Assembly: GCA_964252035.1 (NCBI GenBank)
Contig: OZ176210.1
Strand: one strand, 5' to 3'
From: Podarcis erhardii
Taxonomy: Eukaryota
DNA length: 64,000 nucleotides
The position numbers were made by a program, and so were the translations under genes. Of this stretch, positions 62,271-64,000 are shown in pieces (the stretch's first letter is position 1; each line of letters opens with the position of its first letter). The notes beneath the pieces were generated by a model. The model saw only the letters and a list, made by a program, of their open reading frames with translations, was not told the origin of the DNA and searched no databases.

Positions 62271-64000
62271 AACCTACATCCTAATGACCTACTTGTGAGC
62301 TTCGATGTTGTATCTCTCTTCACACAAGTGCCCATTAATGAAGCCTTGACAGCTATTCAAAACAAATACAATCCCCCCGAATACATCTTGGACCTGACCA
62401 ACCACTGCCTAACCAACACGTACTTCATCCACAATGGACAAAGATACAAACAGATAGAAGGAGCACCTATGGGATCACCCCTCTCACCGGTCATCGCAAA
62501 CCTGTACATGGAACACTTTGAAACCAATGCTTTAGACAAGTCAGAACACAAACCCAAACTTTGGCTCAGATATGTTGACGACACCTTTGTAATTTGGCCA
62601 CACGGGAAGGAAAAACTGGATAGCTTCCTCACACATCTCAACAACTTACACCCCAAAATACAATTCACTATGGAAATAGAAGCCAACAACCAACTTCCCT
62701 TCCTTGACGTCCTAATCTACAAAAAACCTGATGGCTCCCTAGGACACACTATCTACCGGAAAAAAACACACACCAACCGCTACTTACATGCACAATCACA
62801 CCACCACCCTGCACAAATAAACTCCGTAGCCAAGACTCTCATCTCCAGAACCAAACGCCTGGCTGACAAAGACCACTTGACAACTGAGTTACAGAATCTC
62901 TCAAACGTGTTAATTGCCAATGGATACCAGCAAAACAGGATTACGACGCTAATCCAAAAGGAAACACCCCCCAAAAACCAAGACACAGAAGAAAACAATG
63001 GCATGGCCCTCCTTCCTTATATCAAGGGCACTACAGATAAAATTAGCAAAATCCTCCATAAACACAATATCAAAACAGCCTTTTGCACCAACCAAAAAAT
63101 AGCCAATATCCTCAGAAACCCCAAGGATAAAATCCAGTTGGAAAACCAAGGGATCTATGAAATACCCTGCAAAGTCTGCCCAGCCACGTACATTGGACAA
63201 ACAAACAGACGAATAAATGCACGTATCGCAGAACACAAGAATGCCGTCAAAAAAGAAGAAAAAACTTCCTCTCTTTTCCAACACATGAAAGAAACAGGAC
63301 ACGAAATTAATTTTGCAGATTCCAAATTGCTCTTTAACATGGAACATCACCACAAGAGAATAATCATGGAAGCCATCGAGATAGAGAAACACCCTCACAA
63401 CATGAACAAGCGTGACGACACATCCCGCTTGCCAGACATCTGGAAATTAGCCCTCCCCACAAAAACTGACACCAGATCCAGAGGCACACAGAACGCCAAC
63501 ACCAATCAACCACACCAGACCCAAACCCAGACCCTCTCCACAGATGAATTACAGACACCATCCAGTAGCCAATCCATGGTGGCACCTCCGGATGCTGCAC
63601 CCCCCTGCAATCCCTACACAGATCTGGCTGACACAAGCCACAAAACCACAGCTCGCCCCTATACACGAAGCCAAGCCAGAGCACAACTAAGTACAGTACA
63701 GCCATCTTCTCAGGAAAACTCTTCACAAAGTTCAAGAGGTCAAGACACAAAGACTTTAGCAACTAATCCACACCTAATGACCCACCTAAGTGGTACTCAG
63801 GATATCACTCAAGAAATCACTCAAGATATCTCTCAAGTAATTAAGGAACAAAAGAAGAAAAGGCACACTAGCCTGGGAACTTCCTCTCTGCCCAGAACAT
63901 TGGAGGCTATACACCACACCCCCTCTACAGTATTTATAGGAACTCAAACACTGAGATCCTGCTCTGTTCCAGTAACAAGAAGCCGAAAGCACCAGCCTGA
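62271..64000 (+). CDS. PLE reverse transcriptase + GIY-YIG endonuclease ORF (5'-truncated, runs off the window)
   Basis: Open frame with LVSFDVVSLFTQVP, GAPMGSPLSPVIANLYME, LWLRYVDDTF (62571), FLDV, GIYEIPCKVCPATYIGQT (~63150); probably missing from the ORF track because no stop falls in the window. Confidence 0.93.

Larger units (their letters stand above)
61033..64000. mobile_element. Penelope-like retroelement (Penelope/Poseidon type): 5'-truncated copy with an inverted duplicate of its 3' part
   Basis: RT + GIY-YIG ORF on +; 61033-62270 is the reverse complement of 62877 onward; outer end abuts a (TA)n tract. Confidence 0.95.

Noticed and set aside
61385-63992. Several ORFs that appear twice on opposite strands
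   Set aside because: Antisense frames of the PLE, duplicated by the inverted repeat.

Overview
Vertebrate (squamate, probably lacertid lizard) genomic DNA. The ORF track is mostly noise here. The one clear host gene is SEMA4D on the minus strand. It has 14 coding exons (44566 to 18738; 2571 nt, 856 aa: signal peptide, Sema, PSI, Ig, TM, cytoplasmic tail), all with GT-AG junctions and matching phases. Two further in-phase exons (16802-17008, 368-571) encode an alternative Ig-containing C-terminus that continues off the window's left edge. The rest is intron filled with mobile elements: Sauria SINEs, other tRNA-derived SINEs, L2, CR1, L1, RTE/BovB, Tc1/mariner and hAT MITEs, a solo LTR, and a young Penelope-like element (PLE) at the right edge. 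Best leads: (1) a ~1 kb SINE-cargo-SINE composite present twice, once with its own TSD; (2) a PLE forming a long inverted repeat, with a minimal hammerhead ribozyme overlapping the ORF stop codon; (3) the alternative, apparently TM-less SEMA4D C-terminus; (4) a hAT element carrying a CpG-rich promoter/first-exon-like cargo; (5) three hAT MITEs stacked on one 8-bp target; (6) four uORFs before the SEMA4D start. Repeat family names and human comparisons are from memory, not from a search.
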